A program made the translations under genes and the position numbers. From Opitutales bacterium (GTDB lineage: Bacteria; Verrucomicrobiota; Verrucomicrobiia; Opitutales; Oceanipulchritudinaceae), in the NCBI GenBank assembly GCA_049451775.1, contig JBMTVW010000001.1, positions 178,234 to 210,233 on the forward strand: a stretch of DNA of 32,000 nt. Reading direction: 5' to 3'. Below the pieces are notes generated by a model. That model searched no databases. It was not told the origin of the DNA and was given only the letters and a program-made list of their open reading frames with translations. Shown here one piece after another: positions 1-8,969 of this stretch; the stretch's first letter is position 1; every line of letters begins with the position of its first letter.

Positions 1-171
1 AAGCAGGGCCGCATTCTTCTTCCAGAGCCCCTCAAGCAGAGGGTGGGGATCGAGAAGCAGGTCAGCCTGGTCGGGCTGGGGCACTATTTTGAAATCTGGG
101 ATGCCGGCAAGCGCGAGGCGGGGGATGAGGAATTCGATCTCCTGGAAGCGATGGCGGAAATGGGAATTTAA
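1..171 (+). CDS. mraZ: Transcriptional regulator MraZ, C-terminal fragment (5' end outside window)
   Basis: Frame 1 is open from the window edge to TAA at 169-171. The translation KQGRILLPEPLKQRVGIEKQVSLVGLGHYFEIWDAGKRE... fits the second MraZ repeat pattern (GRIxxP ... VxLVG ... FEIW). It lies upstream of rsmH as in canonical dcw clusters. Confidence 0.85.
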   Translation, partial: KQGRILLPEPLKQRVGIEKQVSLVGLGHYFEIWDAGKREAGDEEFDLLEAMAEMGI

Positions 172-189
172 CCAAACAAAAGGGCAGTT

Positions 190-405
190 ATGAAAACAGA
201 CCGACTGATGCAAAGCGGCATGCTGAACACGGGTGAGCCCCGACACTATTCCTCCTGGAGCATGCCGGAGGTCCCCAAGCTGAATATCTCGGGTGAAGGG
301 ATCATCGGCGAGGCCCTGTACCGTAGGCAGAAGGCCCATGCCCCCAAAATCAGCCGTGGTAAAGCCGGCTGGATGCAACTTTGGCACGCATTGAGGAAAG
401 GCTGA
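190..405 (+). CDS. Hypothetical 71-aa protein in the mraZ-rsmH spacer (speculative)
   Basis: ATG at 190 is preceded by AAGGG about 7 nt upstream. My hand count gives third-position GC of about 72%, similar to the confirmed genes here. There are no recognisable motifs or TM segment. It overlaps the rsmH 5' end out of frame. Confidence 0.2.
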   Translation: MKTDRLMQSGMLNTGEPRHYSSWSMPEVPKLNISGEGIIGEALYRRQKAHAPKISRGKAGWMQLWHALRKG

Positions 406-1352
406 TCTTGTCAGGCAAGGGTCAGTCCAGTGGTCATGAGCCGGTCCTTTGCGGGCCGGTTGTTGCGTATCTTACGGAGGGGCGCAGCGGCTTGTACCTG
501 GACGCCACCTTTGGGGGCGGTGGGCACACCCGGGCGCTACTCGAGGCGGATGCCGCCAACCGGGTTATCGCCCTGGATTGCGACCCCGAGGCCATTGCCC
601 GCGGACAGCTCCTGCAAGAGGACTTCCCGGGCCGGTTGAGCCTGCGGCACATGAATTTTGAGGACCTTGGCCACCTTGAGGAGGAAGGGTTCGCGGGGAT
701 TCTGTTTGATTTCGGGGTCAGTTCGTACCATTTCGACGACGCCCACCGCGGGTTCTCCTTCCGCGAGGACGCCCCCCTGGACATGCGCCTGAACCCGCGC
801 GCCGGAGTCCCGGCCAGTGTGTTCCTGCAGCGGGCCGGTTACGAGGAACTGGTCGAGGCGGTCCGCACCTTCGGGGAAGAGCCCAAGTGGCGCCGGGTGG
901 TCGAGGCCATCCTTGAAGCCCAGGGGACCGATCAACTGGAGCGCACCTTGAGTTTTGCCGCCCTGGTGGAGACAGCTGTCGGTGGCCGTCGCCACACGGA
1001 CCGTATTCACCCGGCGACCCGGACCTTTCAGGGGATCCGCATCGCGGTCAACCGCGAGCTGGCGGTCATTGAAGCGGCCCTGCCGGCGGCCTTCGCCAAA
1101 CTGGCCGAGGGCGGACGCCTGGCAGCCATCAGTTTTCACTCTCTCGAGGACCGGATCGTGAAGCGGTTTTTCCGCCGCATGGCCGGCCGACCGGAGCACG
1201 GGCGCGATTCACGGCCCGGACAATTCCGGTTACGACAGGCGGCCCTGCTGACCCGCAAGCCGGTTGTCGCGGACGATCAGGAAATCACCCGAAACCCCCG
1301 GTCCCGTTCAGCCAAGCTGCGGGTGCTGGAAAAGGAAAGGAGGGCTGCATGA
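381..1352 (+). CDS. rsmH: 16S rRNA (cytosine1402-N4)-methyltransferase RsmH/MraW
   Basis: HEPVL... near the N-terminus, the SAM-binding motif YLDATFGGGGH, and ...HSLEDRIVK... and NPRSRSAKLR near the C-terminus. Position after mraZ fits. The start is uncertain (TTG 381 or TTG 408; in-frame TAA at 360-362 limits extension). Confidence 0.93.
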   Translation: MARIEERLILSGKGQSSGHEPVLCGPVVAYLTEGRSGLYLDATFGGGGHTRALLEADAANRVIALDCDPEAIARGQLLQEDFPGRLSLRHMNFEDLGHLEEEGFAGILFDFGVSSYHFDDAHRGFSFREDAPLDMRLNPRAGVPASVFLQRAGYEELVEAVRTFGEEPKWRRVVEAILEAQGTDQLERTLSFAALVETAVGGRRHTDRIHPATRTFQGIRIAVNRELAVIEAALPAAFAKLAEGGRLAAISFHSLEDRIVKRFFRRMAGRPEHGRDSRPGQFRLRQAALLTRKPVVADDQEITRNPRSRSAKLRVLEKERRAA

Positions 1353-1774
1353 GCCTCTTGTTACAGCGCGAAACGACTTTGTATAAACAAATTTTATCCC
1401 TGCTGGTTGTTTTGGCGGTGATTACGGTGAGCGGTTGCCTGGGCCTGTTGTGGTTGCGTCAGAAGATCGAGTTAACGGCCCAGGCAACACGCACGCTGGA
1501 AGTGGAAATTGCCAAGGAAGAGCGACGGCTGCGTTACATCGACACCAAGATTGCGGAGTTGCATCAGCCCCTTTACCTGGAGCGGCAGATCAAGCGGCTC
1601 GGCCTCAACCTGCGGCCCCCGATGGCCGACCAGATCGTCTACATGGATGGCTACAACCGCTACCAGCGCCAGCGGCCCGAAAAGGACGAGACCTCCCCGC
1701 GGACCCGGGAGAAGGACCCGTTCCGGTATTCCATCGATCTGGCGGTGATGAAATCCCTTACGCCGATTGATTGA
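1349..1774 (+). CDS. ftsL: FtsL-like cell division protein (bitopic, coiled coil)
   Basis: 141 aa with one N-terminal TM segment (ILSLLVVLAVITVSGCLGLLWL) followed by a heptad-like region (LEVEIAKEERRLRYIDTKIAEL). It occupies the canonical slot between rsmH and ftsI. The ATGA overlap with rsmH (1349-1352) is preceded by the SD AAGGAAAGGAGGG. Confidence 0.7.
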   Translation: MSLLLQRETTLYKQILSLLVVLAVITVSGCLGLLWLRQKIELTAQATRTLEVEIAKEERRLRYIDTKIAELHQPLYLERQIKRLGLNLRPPMADQIVYMDGYNRYQRQRPEKDETSPRTREKDPFRYSIDLAVMKSLTPID

Positions 1775-3537
1775 TGTCGAAGGTTTGCGTCAAGAAAGCA
1801 CGATTCCAAGCATGCACGGTACTATTTCTGGGAGGATTCCTGCTACTGTGCGGCCGGCTTTTCTTTCTTCAGGTCCTGCAGGCAGGGACTATTGCCGAGG
1901 AAGTGGCCACGGTGCGCAAGCGCCTGGTCAGGATGGAGGCAAAACGGGGCGAGATTCTTGACCGCAACGGAAACCTGCTGGCCGGGACCCGGTCACGCAT
2001 CCTTCTGGGGGCGGATCCGCAGACAGTGGACCTGGAGGACCGGGGACAATTGGGCCTGTTGGCCGGAATCCTTGACCTGCCCTACGGGGAGCTGATTGAA
2101 AATCTTGCCCGGCGGGAACGAATCGACAGCGCGGGCAACCGGCGGCAGGTCCGCTGGGTCCCGCTCAAGGAGATTGACGAGGACTTGTACCGGAGCGTCC
2201 AGGGTCTGGGAATTCGCGGAGTGTATGGAAACCGCCGCTATGAGCGGTATTATCCCGGCCGGGAACTCGGAGCCCATCTGATTGGGTATATCAACAAGGA
2301 GGAAACCCCTGTCATGGGGGTGGAGCATGCGCTTGATTACTACCTGCGGGGCCAGCCGGGATGGCGTGAGACGGAAGTGGACGGACGCCGGCGCGAGATG
2401 GCGGCCTTCCGGGAGCGCGAAGTGGAACCGCGCAGCGGGTTAGATGTGGAGCTGACCCTGGACCTCTTTGTCCAGTCGGTGGTGGAGTCGGCGATGAAGG
2501 AACTGGTGAAGGCCACCCATCCGGAGGGCGCAAGCATAATCGTCTCCGATCCCAGAACCGGCGACATCCTCGGAATGGCCAATTACCCGACTTTCGATCC
2601 CAACAATTTCTGGGAATATCCGCTGGAGAACCAGCGTAACCGGGCCCTGACGGACCAGTACGAGCCGGGGTCGACCTTCAAGATCGTTCCCGTCTCGGCG
2701 GCCCTTGAGGAAGGGCTTCTCGGGCCGGACACCCTCATTGACTGCGGAAAAGAGCGCATTGTCTTCAATGGGGTGGACATCCGCATGCCGACCGATCACC
2801 GCAACCTCGGCCAGGTACCGGTCCGAACGGTGGTGGCCAAGTCCAGCAACCGGGGAGCGGCCACCATCGGGATGATGCTTGGTGAGGACCGGATGCACGA
2901 CTATGCCCGCCGGTTCGGGTTCGGCGAGCGCTGTGGTTGGCCCCTGCGCGGGGAAATCGCTGGCAACCTGATGCCGGTGAACAAGTGGGACGGCCTGACC
3001 ATCAGTCGCCTGCCAACCGGATACGCCATCGGGGCCACGCCGATCCAGGTACACCAGGCAATGTCGGCTATTGCCAATGACGGGGTCCGATTGCGCCCCA
3101 AGCTTTTGCGCCGGGTGATCGATCCCCGGGAAGAGGTTTCACTGCCCCTGGAGCCGGAACGGGGTGAGCGGGTGATATCGAAGGAAACCGCCCGGATGAT
3201 GCGCGAGATGCTGGTTGCTGTGGTGGGTCGTGAAGGGACCGCCCTCCGGGCCGAGTTGCCGGGCTACGCGGTCGCCGGCAAGACCGGAACCAGCCGCAAG
3301 ATTATCGATGGCCAGTACAGCGCCTCCCATCACTTTGGATCCTTCAGCGGGTTTTTCCCCGCGGACAACCCCCGGGTGGTGATCACCGTGGTCGTCGATG
3401 ACGCGCAGGTGAGCGGTCCGGCCTACGGTGGGGTGGTGGCAGCACCGACTTTCCGGAACATCGGGGAAAAACTGATCCCGCACCTAGCCATTCGAAAACC
3501 CGAAAACTGGGAACCCTTTCTTGTATCAAATGACTAA
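1774..3537 (+). CDS. ftsI: Class B penicillin-binding protein / peptidoglycan D,D-transpeptidase FtsI
   Basis: N-terminal TM anchor. Transpeptidase motifs are SxxK (STFK), SxN (SSN) and KTG (KTGT). The dcw position fits. ATG 1774 overlaps the ftsL TGA by 1 nt; TTG 1771 is an alternative start. Confidence 0.93.
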   Translation: MSKVCVKKARFQACTVLFLGGFLLLCGRLFFLQVLQAGTIAEEVATVRKRLVRMEAKRGEILDRNGNLLAGTRSRILLGADPQTVDLEDRGQLGLLAGILDLPYGELIENLARRERIDSAGNRRQVRWVPLKEIDEDLYRSVQGLGIRGVYGNRRYERYYPGRELGAHLIGYINKEETPVMGVEHALDYYLRGQPGWRETEVDGRRREMAAFREREVEPRSGLDVELTLDLFVQSVVESAMKELVKATHPEGASIIVSDPRTGDILGMANYPTFDPNNFWEYPLENQRNRALTDQYEPGSTFKIVPVSAALEEGLLGPDTLIDCGKERIVFNGVDIRMPTDHRNLGQVPVRTVVAKSSNRGAATIGMMLGEDRMHDYARRFGFGERCGWPLRGEIAGNLMPVNKWDGLTISRLPTGYAIGATPIQVHQAMSAIANDGVRLRPKLLRRVIDPREEVSLPLEPERGERVISKETARMMREMLVAVVGREGTALRAELPGYAVAGKTGTSRKIIDGQYSASHHFGSFSGFFPADNPRVVITVVVDDAQVSGPAYGGVVAAPTFRNIGEKLIPHLAIRKPENWEPFLVSND

Positions 3538-3655
3538 TTTTAATCTCAAAACAGCAAGCAACCGTGAACCCCGGATACAGCAGCCAAACCGACTATCAGA
3601 CTACCGGGCCCTTGGCTCGGCCATGTTGCTGGAGCGGGCTGTGCAGAGCAGGATC

Positions 3656-5140
3656 ATGAACCCGACCCTGAAGAAACTCATATCCGGAATTCCCGGGCTG
3701 TTGCTTCGCGGAAAGGACAGCGTCAAGGTGCGTGGGTTGGCCACGGACAGCCGGCGTGTCGGTCCGGGCTCGATCTTTTTCGCCCTGCCGGGGTTGCGTA
3801 CCGACGGGCAGTATTTCATCGATGAGGCCATCGACCGCGGAGCGGTGGCGATCATCACGGAGGTGGACACATGGGTTCCCCCGCACGTTACCCTCGTGCA
3901 GGTGGACAATGTCCGTCAGGTGGCGGCCAGTGTCACCGCCCGGTACTATGGCCATCCGGAGAAGGATTTGCAGTTGACCGGCATCCTCGGCACCAGCGGC
4001 AAGACCGTAGTCTCGACACTCCTGAAGCATTTCCAGAAATCCCAGGGCCCGGTCGGGATGCTGGGCACCATCAGTTATGAGGTGGGCAACCGCACGCTGC
4101 CGGCCCATCGGACAACACCAGAGCCCATCGAGCTCTACGCGCTCCTGGCGCAGATCCGGGACCAGGGCTGTGCAAAGGCCATTCTGGAAGTGAGCTCGCA
4201 TGGGATCGACCAGCAGCGGGTCAGTGGACTGAGGTTCCGCAACCTGGTCCTGATGAACCTTTCCCCGGAACACCTCAACTACCATGGAACACTGGACCGG
4301 TATATCGCCCTGGAGAAGGACTTCATCCATTCCCGGGCCGCCGGACTGAACCGCTTTGTTGCCGGGATTGATGACCCCCGGGTACGGGAGGTGGTAGAGA
4401 GCTTGCCTCGAGAGCACTCTTCGAAGGTCTTGAGTTTTGGATGCTCCCCCAACGCGGTGGTCCGGGCTGAGGATATCCGCTATTCCGAGCGCGACACCCG
4501 TTTCACGCTGGTCTGGCCAGAGGGCTCGGTCAAGCTGGTCTCCCCACTGCTGGGTGATTTCAACCTGCAGAATACCCTCGCGGCCATTGCCTGCGGTTAT
4601 GCCGACGGGATCGATCCTGTGGAAATGGGGGCCGCCCTTCTTTCCTTTGAGGGGGTCCGGGGTCGCATGGAACGCCTGGACATGAATTTGCCCTTCAACG
4701 TGCTGGTCGACTACATGCACACCGAGGCTTCCTACGAGAAAGGCCTCGACATGGTCCGTGGCCTGACCAGCGGGCGGTTGATAACTATTTTCGGCTGTGG
4801 GGGAAACCGTGACGCGGATTCACGTCCGGTCATCACTTCCATCGTCGCCCAGAAGAGCGACCAGGCGATTGCCACCGCCGACAATCCCCGCAACGAGACA
4901 GTGGAGGGGATCTTCGGTGACATGCGCGAGGGCAACGAGGATTTCGACAACCTGAGTTTTGTCGCCGACCGTAGAGGGGCCATCGCCGCCGCCCTTGAGA
5001 TGGCCCGCCCGGGGGATACCGTCCTGATCGCCGGCAAGGGTCACGAAACATTTCAGGAATTTGGCGATTGCGTGGTCCCCTTCGACGACCGCGCGGTGGC
5101 CAGGGAAATTCTAAAGAACAAACAGTGGCACACCCGTTGA
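3656..5140 (+). CDS. murE: UDP-N-acetylmuramoyl-L-alanyl-D-glutamate--2,6-diaminopimelate ligase MurE
   Basis: ATDSRRV near the N-terminus, P-loop GTSGKT, EVSSHG, and DNPR (ATADNPRNE), the motif associated with meso-DAP-adding MurE. The start is ambiguous. ATG 3656 gives the N-terminal length typical of MurE. ATG 3623, ATG 3530 and TTG 3521 are in frame, but the first ~27 codons from 3521 have only ~41% GC3 by my count. Confidence 0.92.
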   Translation: MNPTLKKLISGIPGLLLRGKDSVKVRGLATDSRRVGPGSIFFALPGLRTDGQYFIDEAIDRGAVAIITEVDTWVPPHVTLVQVDNVRQVAASVTARYYGHPEKDLQLTGILGTSGKTVVSTLLKHFQKSQGPVGMLGTISYEVGNRTLPAHRTTPEPIELYALLAQIRDQGCAKAILEVSSHGIDQQRVSGLRFRNLVLMNLSPEHLNYHGTLDRYIALEKDFIHSRAAGLNRFVAGIDDPRVREVVESLPREHSSKVLSFGCSPNAVVRAEDIRYSERDTRFTLVWPEGSVKLVSPLLGDFNLQNTLAAIACGYADGIDPVEMGAALLSFEGVRGRMERLDMNLPFNVLVDYMHTEASYEKGLDMVRGLTSGRLITIFGCGGNRDADSRPVITSIVAQKSDQAIATADNPRNETVEGIFGDMREGNEDFDNLSFVADRRGAIAAALEMARPGDTVLIAGKGHETFQEFGDCVVPFDDRAVAREILKNKQWHTR

Positions 5141-6546
5141 TGGCAACCCTTGACCCAGCTGAAGCCGCGGTCATCGCCCATGGCCGTTGGGCGACTTCCC
5201 CTCCTGCCAAGCCTTTGAGATCATTTGCCATCGATACCCGCCGCATCGAGCCGGGGGAAACGTTTGTTGCCTTAAAATCGGACCGAATGGACGGGCATTC
5301 CTTCCTTCGTCAGGCTTTTCAGTACCGGGCCTTGGCTGCCTTGGTGGAACACCCGGACACGGATGTGCCCATCCCCCAACTGGTTGTCAGGGACTCACTG
5401 GGAGCCTTGCAGGCATTGGCCCGCAGCTGGCGGCAACGGTTCCGTTCCCCGGTCATCGGGGTGACCGGCAGCAATGGCAAGACTACCGTCAAGGAAATGC
5501 TCGGGCAGGTCCTAGGATCCCAGTGGTTCCGAACTCGTGGCAACCATAACAACCACATCGGGGTGCCCCTGAGCCTCCTTGAACTGGATCCGCGCATGCA
5601 CGCCGGCGGCATCCTCGAGGCGGGAATCAACGATGTCGGGGAAATGGATCTCCTGTCAGGAATGATCAATCCCGATCATGCGATCATCACATCGGTCGGG
5701 CCATCGCATTTGGAGCGCCTTGGGGACCTCGAAGGAGTTGCCCGGGAAAAGGCGATACTGGCCCGCTCCGTGCGCCCGGGGGGCAATGTTTTTCTTCCGG
5801 CCCAGCTGTTGCGCTACGCCGCTTTCCGGGACTTGCCGGAGACCATCCGGGTTCACGCCCTCCTGCGCCGGGGCGAATCCATCGGGGCCGACCTGTCGTC
5901 GCTCCCGAATTTAACGATTTACCACTACAACTGGACTGATAAAGTCCCGGCCGGGGGCCCGGGCATCCTGCGTATGGAAATGCCTGTGCCCCACGGTCCA
6001 CTTTCCTTCCGTGCCGGCAGCGACGGCATGGTCTCGAACCTTGCCCTAGTCGTGCAGGTGGCCCTGCACCTGGGGGTCCCGCTGTCGACCCTGCAGGCCT
6101 GTCTCGATGCATGGCGCCCTTTCCGGCAGCGGGGGGAGACGGTCCGGTACAGAGCCGCCACCTATTACGTTGACTGCTATAACGCGAATCCGGGGTCCAT
6201 GCTGGACAGCCTCCAGCGGTTCGCACATCTGTTCCCGAACCAGCCCCATCTCTATGTCCTCGGGACCATGAATGAACTGGGAGAAAATGCGGCTGAATGG
6301 CATCGTTCGACCGCCAACCGGGGCAGTCTGCGCGGGGACGCGGATGTTTATTTGATTGGTGAGCATGCCGAGGCGCTGGCTGAAGGCTTGCTTCAACAGG
6401 GCCATGACCGGTCCAGGATCCATTTTGCCCAAACCGACGATGAATTAAGGGAGCACCTTTCGCGGTTTTCGGGAGCGATCTTCCTGAAAGGAAGCCGGTC
6501 CCTTGGAATGGAACGGTTGGTGCCCGAGGGAGGCCGGTCATGCTGA
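5140..6546 (+). CDS. murF: UDP-N-acetylmuramoyl-tripeptide--D-alanyl-D-alanine ligase MurF
   Basis: IDTRRIEPGETFVALKSDRMDGH, P-loop GVTGSNGKTT, and DCYNANPGSM. ATG 5140 overlaps the murE TGA (TGATG). The ORF-track start at 5068 lies inside murE and is unlikely. Confidence 0.92.
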   Translation: MATLDPAEAAVIAHGRWATSPPAKPLRSFAIDTRRIEPGETFVALKSDRMDGHSFLRQAFQYRALAALVEHPDTDVPIPQLVVRDSLGALQALARSWRQRFRSPVIGVTGSNGKTTVKEMLGQVLGSQWFRTRGNHNNHIGVPLSLLELDPRMHAGGILEAGINDVGEMDLLSGMINPDHAIITSVGPSHLERLGDLEGVAREKAILARSVRPGGNVFLPAQLLRYAAFRDLPETIRVHALLRRGESIGADLSSLPNLTIYHYNWTDKVPAGGPGILRMEMPVPHGPLSFRAGSDGMVSNLALVVQVALHLGVPLSTLQACLDAWRPFRQRGETVRYRAATYYVDCYNANPGSMLDSLQRFAHLFPNQPHLYVLGTMNELGENAAEWHRSTANRGSLRGDADVYLIGEHAEALAEGLLQQGHDRSRIHFAQTDDELREHLSRFSGAIFLKGSRSLGMERLVPEGGRSC

Positions 6547-7640
6547 GTTACCTGGCTGACCTTGAATCGCTGTGGGGACCCCTCCGGCTGTTCCGCTACA
6601 TATCCCTGCGGGCAATGGGAGGCGCGGCCACGGCCATGATGACCGGGATGCTGATCGCGCCGTATGTGATTGCCCGCCTGCGGGCCCTCAAGGCCGGGCA
6701 GGTGTTCCGGACCAGGGAAGAAGTGGGACGGTTGGCGGATCTTCACAACAGCAAGAAGGACACCCCGACCATGGGTGGACTGATCGTCTTTTTCTCTGTC
6801 GTGGTCAGCACCATCCTCTGGGCCCGGTTGAATATCTACGTTGTCACCGCCCTGGTGGTTTTTTCCGGCCTGACCGTGATCGGGTTCATTGACGACTTCC
6901 TCATTATCCGCCGCAAGAGCAGCAAGGGATTGTCGGGCAAGGTGAAACTGGCCGGCCAGGGTCTGTTGACGGTGGTCGCCCTCGCACTCCTGCTGTCATC
7001 TCCTGAAAGCGCTGATTTCATTCGGCAGCTGTGGCTGCCGTTCTACAAGGAACCGATCATTGACTTCATGCCCTTACCGGTGCTGGCGGTCTTCCTCTAT
7101 TTTGTCCTGTCGGGATCGAGCAACGCCATCAACCTGACCGATGGGGTGGACGGGTTGGCCATCGGGTGCACGGTGACAGTGGCCATGGCCTACGCGCTGA
7201 TGTCCTATGCCTCCGGCAATGCCATTTACGCCGACTATCTTCTGGTTCCCTTCATGCCGGGCACCGGGGAACTGACAATTGTCCTTTCTATTCTGTGCGG
7301 CGCCAGCCTGGCCTTCCTCTGGCATAACGCCCACCCGGCGGCGGTATTCATGGGCGACACGGGCAGCCTGGCCCTCGGGGGACTGATCGGAATCGTGGCC
7401 TTCATGATTCTACAGCCGATCACCCTGATCATTATCGGGGGTGTCTTCGTCATGGAGGTAATGTCGGTCATTCTCCAGGTGGGATCTTTCAAGACCCGCA
7501 AAAAGCGCATATTCCTCCTGTCTCCGATCCACCACCATTTCGAGCTTAAAGGCTGGGCGGAGACACAGGTGGTCATTCGCTTCTGGATTTTATCGTTGGT
7601 ATTTGCTGTAATCGGGCTGGCTACTCTGAAACTAAGGTGA
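6540..7640 (+). CDS. mraY: Phospho-N-acetylmuramoyl-pentapeptide transferase MraY
   Basis: Polytopic membrane protein with the MraY motifs NAINLTDGVDGLA, FMGDTGSLALGG and SPIHHHFE. SD GAGGGAGG lies upstream, and there is a 7-nt overlap with murF. Confidence 0.96.
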   Translation: MLSYLADLESLWGPLRLFRYISLRAMGGAATAMMTGMLIAPYVIARLRALKAGQVFRTREEVGRLADLHNSKKDTPTMGGLIVFFSVVVSTILWARLNIYVVTALVVFSGLTVIGFIDDFLIIRRKSSKGLSGKVKLAGQGLLTVVALALLLSSPESADFIRQLWLPFYKEPIIDFMPLPVLAVFLYFVLSGSSNAINLTDGVDGLAIGCTVTVAMAYALMSYASGNAIYADYLLVPFMPGTGELTIVLSILCGASLAFLWHNAHPAAVFMGDTGSLALGGLIGIVAFMILQPITLIIIGGVFVMEVMSVILQVGSFKTRKKRIFLLSPIHHHFELKGWAETQVVIRFWILSLVFAVIGLATLKLR

Positions 7641-8944
7641 GCTTACGAGAAAACATTCCCTCCCATTACCTTGATCTGCTGGAAGAACCGGTGGCGGTCT
7701 TTGGTCATGGCGCGGGTGGGCAGGCCTCGGCGGCCCTGCTCAGGCGTCTTGGGGCAAAGTGTGTTTGCTACGATGAACGGGTGGGGGAGGACACTGAGGT
7801 TCTGCATGAGTTTACCTCCAAGACGGCTCGGAAACACCGGCTGGTTGTCCATAGTCCGGCTTTCCGGGTGGATCATCCATGGATCGAGCTCGCCCTTGGG
7901 CAGGGCTGTTACGTGGTTAGCGAGATCGATTTTTCCCAGCAGTTCCGTAATGGTCCGACCGTTGTGGTGACCGGTACCAACGGGAAGACCACCCTGCAGG
8001 AATTCATCACCTTCTGTCTGAAAAGGATCGGCGTCAGTGCCGTGGCAGTGGGCCAGAACGGGTACCCATTGTCCCGTTTGGCCGTGCATCCGGAACTTGA
8101 CGGGGTGACGGCTGTCTGCGAACTGGGCCCCTCCTATATCCGACCACTGAAGGAATTCCGATTTGATTCCCTTTTCTGGACCAATTTCCACGAGGACCAC
8201 CTGACCGATCGCTCCGAGATCCGGAAGGCCTTCGAGGGTTTCCGGAGGCTGGTCAACCTGTGCCGGAATGGGCAACTGTACGCCGGTGAGTCGGTTATCA
8301 GGGTGGCCGCCGAATTGGGATGCCCGATGCCGGAATCTGTCCGCACGGCTCGGCCGGAGGATTATCCCGATTGGGACCTGCCGCCGAGCTCCGCCTTTGC
8401 CACCAGCATTCACCGTCCAGCCCTCGCTCTCTTTCGTCGTTACTGGATGGACAGGGGGTATGCGGATTCCCTCCTGAAGAGCGCCGCCGAGCATTTTGAG
8501 GTGCGGGCCCACCGGCTGCACAAGGTGACACGGATCGGGAAAACGGATTTCTGGAACGACGCCAATTCCGGCAATTTTGCCGCCGCCCTGGCTGCCATGG
8601 ATAATTTCGAGACACCGGTGGTATGGATCGGTGGTGGTAATTACCGCGGGGGTGACCTGGGTGAGTTTCTGGGCCACCTGCAGGGTAAGCTCAGGGGAGC
8701 TGTCATCACCGGCAATGCGGCCTGGCACCTCCTGCCCGTTCTGGAGGATAAAAAAGTGCCCTGCCGGGGGGTCCTGAACCTCCGCCAGGCAGTGGAGGCC
8801 GCATTTGACCTGGCCGCAGGGGAGGTTCCGGTGGTCTACAGTCCCGGCTTCCTGCCCGGTGAGGAATACGGCGATCACGTCGAGCGGGGAATCTGTTTTG
8901 AAAATGCTGTTTTAGGTTTGAAGCATCAGAAGGGGACTGTCTAA
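7637..8944 (+). CDS. murD: UDP-N-acetylmuramoylalanine--D-glutamate ligase MurD (divergent)
   Basis: N-terminal Rossmann-like GHGAGG, HSPAFRVDHPWIE..., P-loop VTGTNGKTT, HEDHL, and the canonical position after mraY. The GTG start overlaps the mraY stop (GTGA). The C-terminal domain motifs are diverged (see findings). Confidence 0.85.
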   Translation: MSLRENIPSHYLDLLEEPVAVFGHGAGGQASAALLRRLGAKCVCYDERVGEDTEVLHEFTSKTARKHRLVVHSPAFRVDHPWIELALGQGCYVVSEIDFSQQFRNGPTVVVTGTNGKTTLQEFITFCLKRIGVSAVAVGQNGYPLSRLAVHPELDGVTAVCELGPSYIRPLKEFRFDSLFWTNFHEDHLTDRSEIRKAFEGFRRLVNLCRNGQLYAGESVIRVAAELGCPMPESVRTARPEDYPDWDLPPSSAFATSIHRPALALFRRYWMDRGYADSLLKSAAEHFEVRAHRLHKVTRIGKTDFWNDANSGNFAAALAAMDNFETPVVWIGGGNYRGGDLGEFLGHLQGKLRGAVITGNAAWHLLPVLEDKKVPCRGVLNLRQAVEAAFDLAAGEVPVVYSPGFLPGEEYGDHVERGICFENAVLGLKHQKGTV

Positions 8945-8969
8945 TTGAATTTAAAGAGGTGATAAAATC

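Noticed and set aside
7643-8878. Long antisense ORFs opposite confirmed genes. Examples are 411 aa opposite murD, 374 aa opposite murE (3596-4720), 334 aa opposite ddl (12309-13313), 405 aa opposite argA (27304-28521), 321 aa opposite EamA/exonuclease (18961-19926), and 275 and 262 aa opposite ftsZ.
   Set aside because: Their composition is low-complexity and Arg/Pro/Gly/Gln-rich, with no motifs. Each lies fully inside a strongly supported gene on the other strand. They are the expected by-product of high GC3 in the sense frame.
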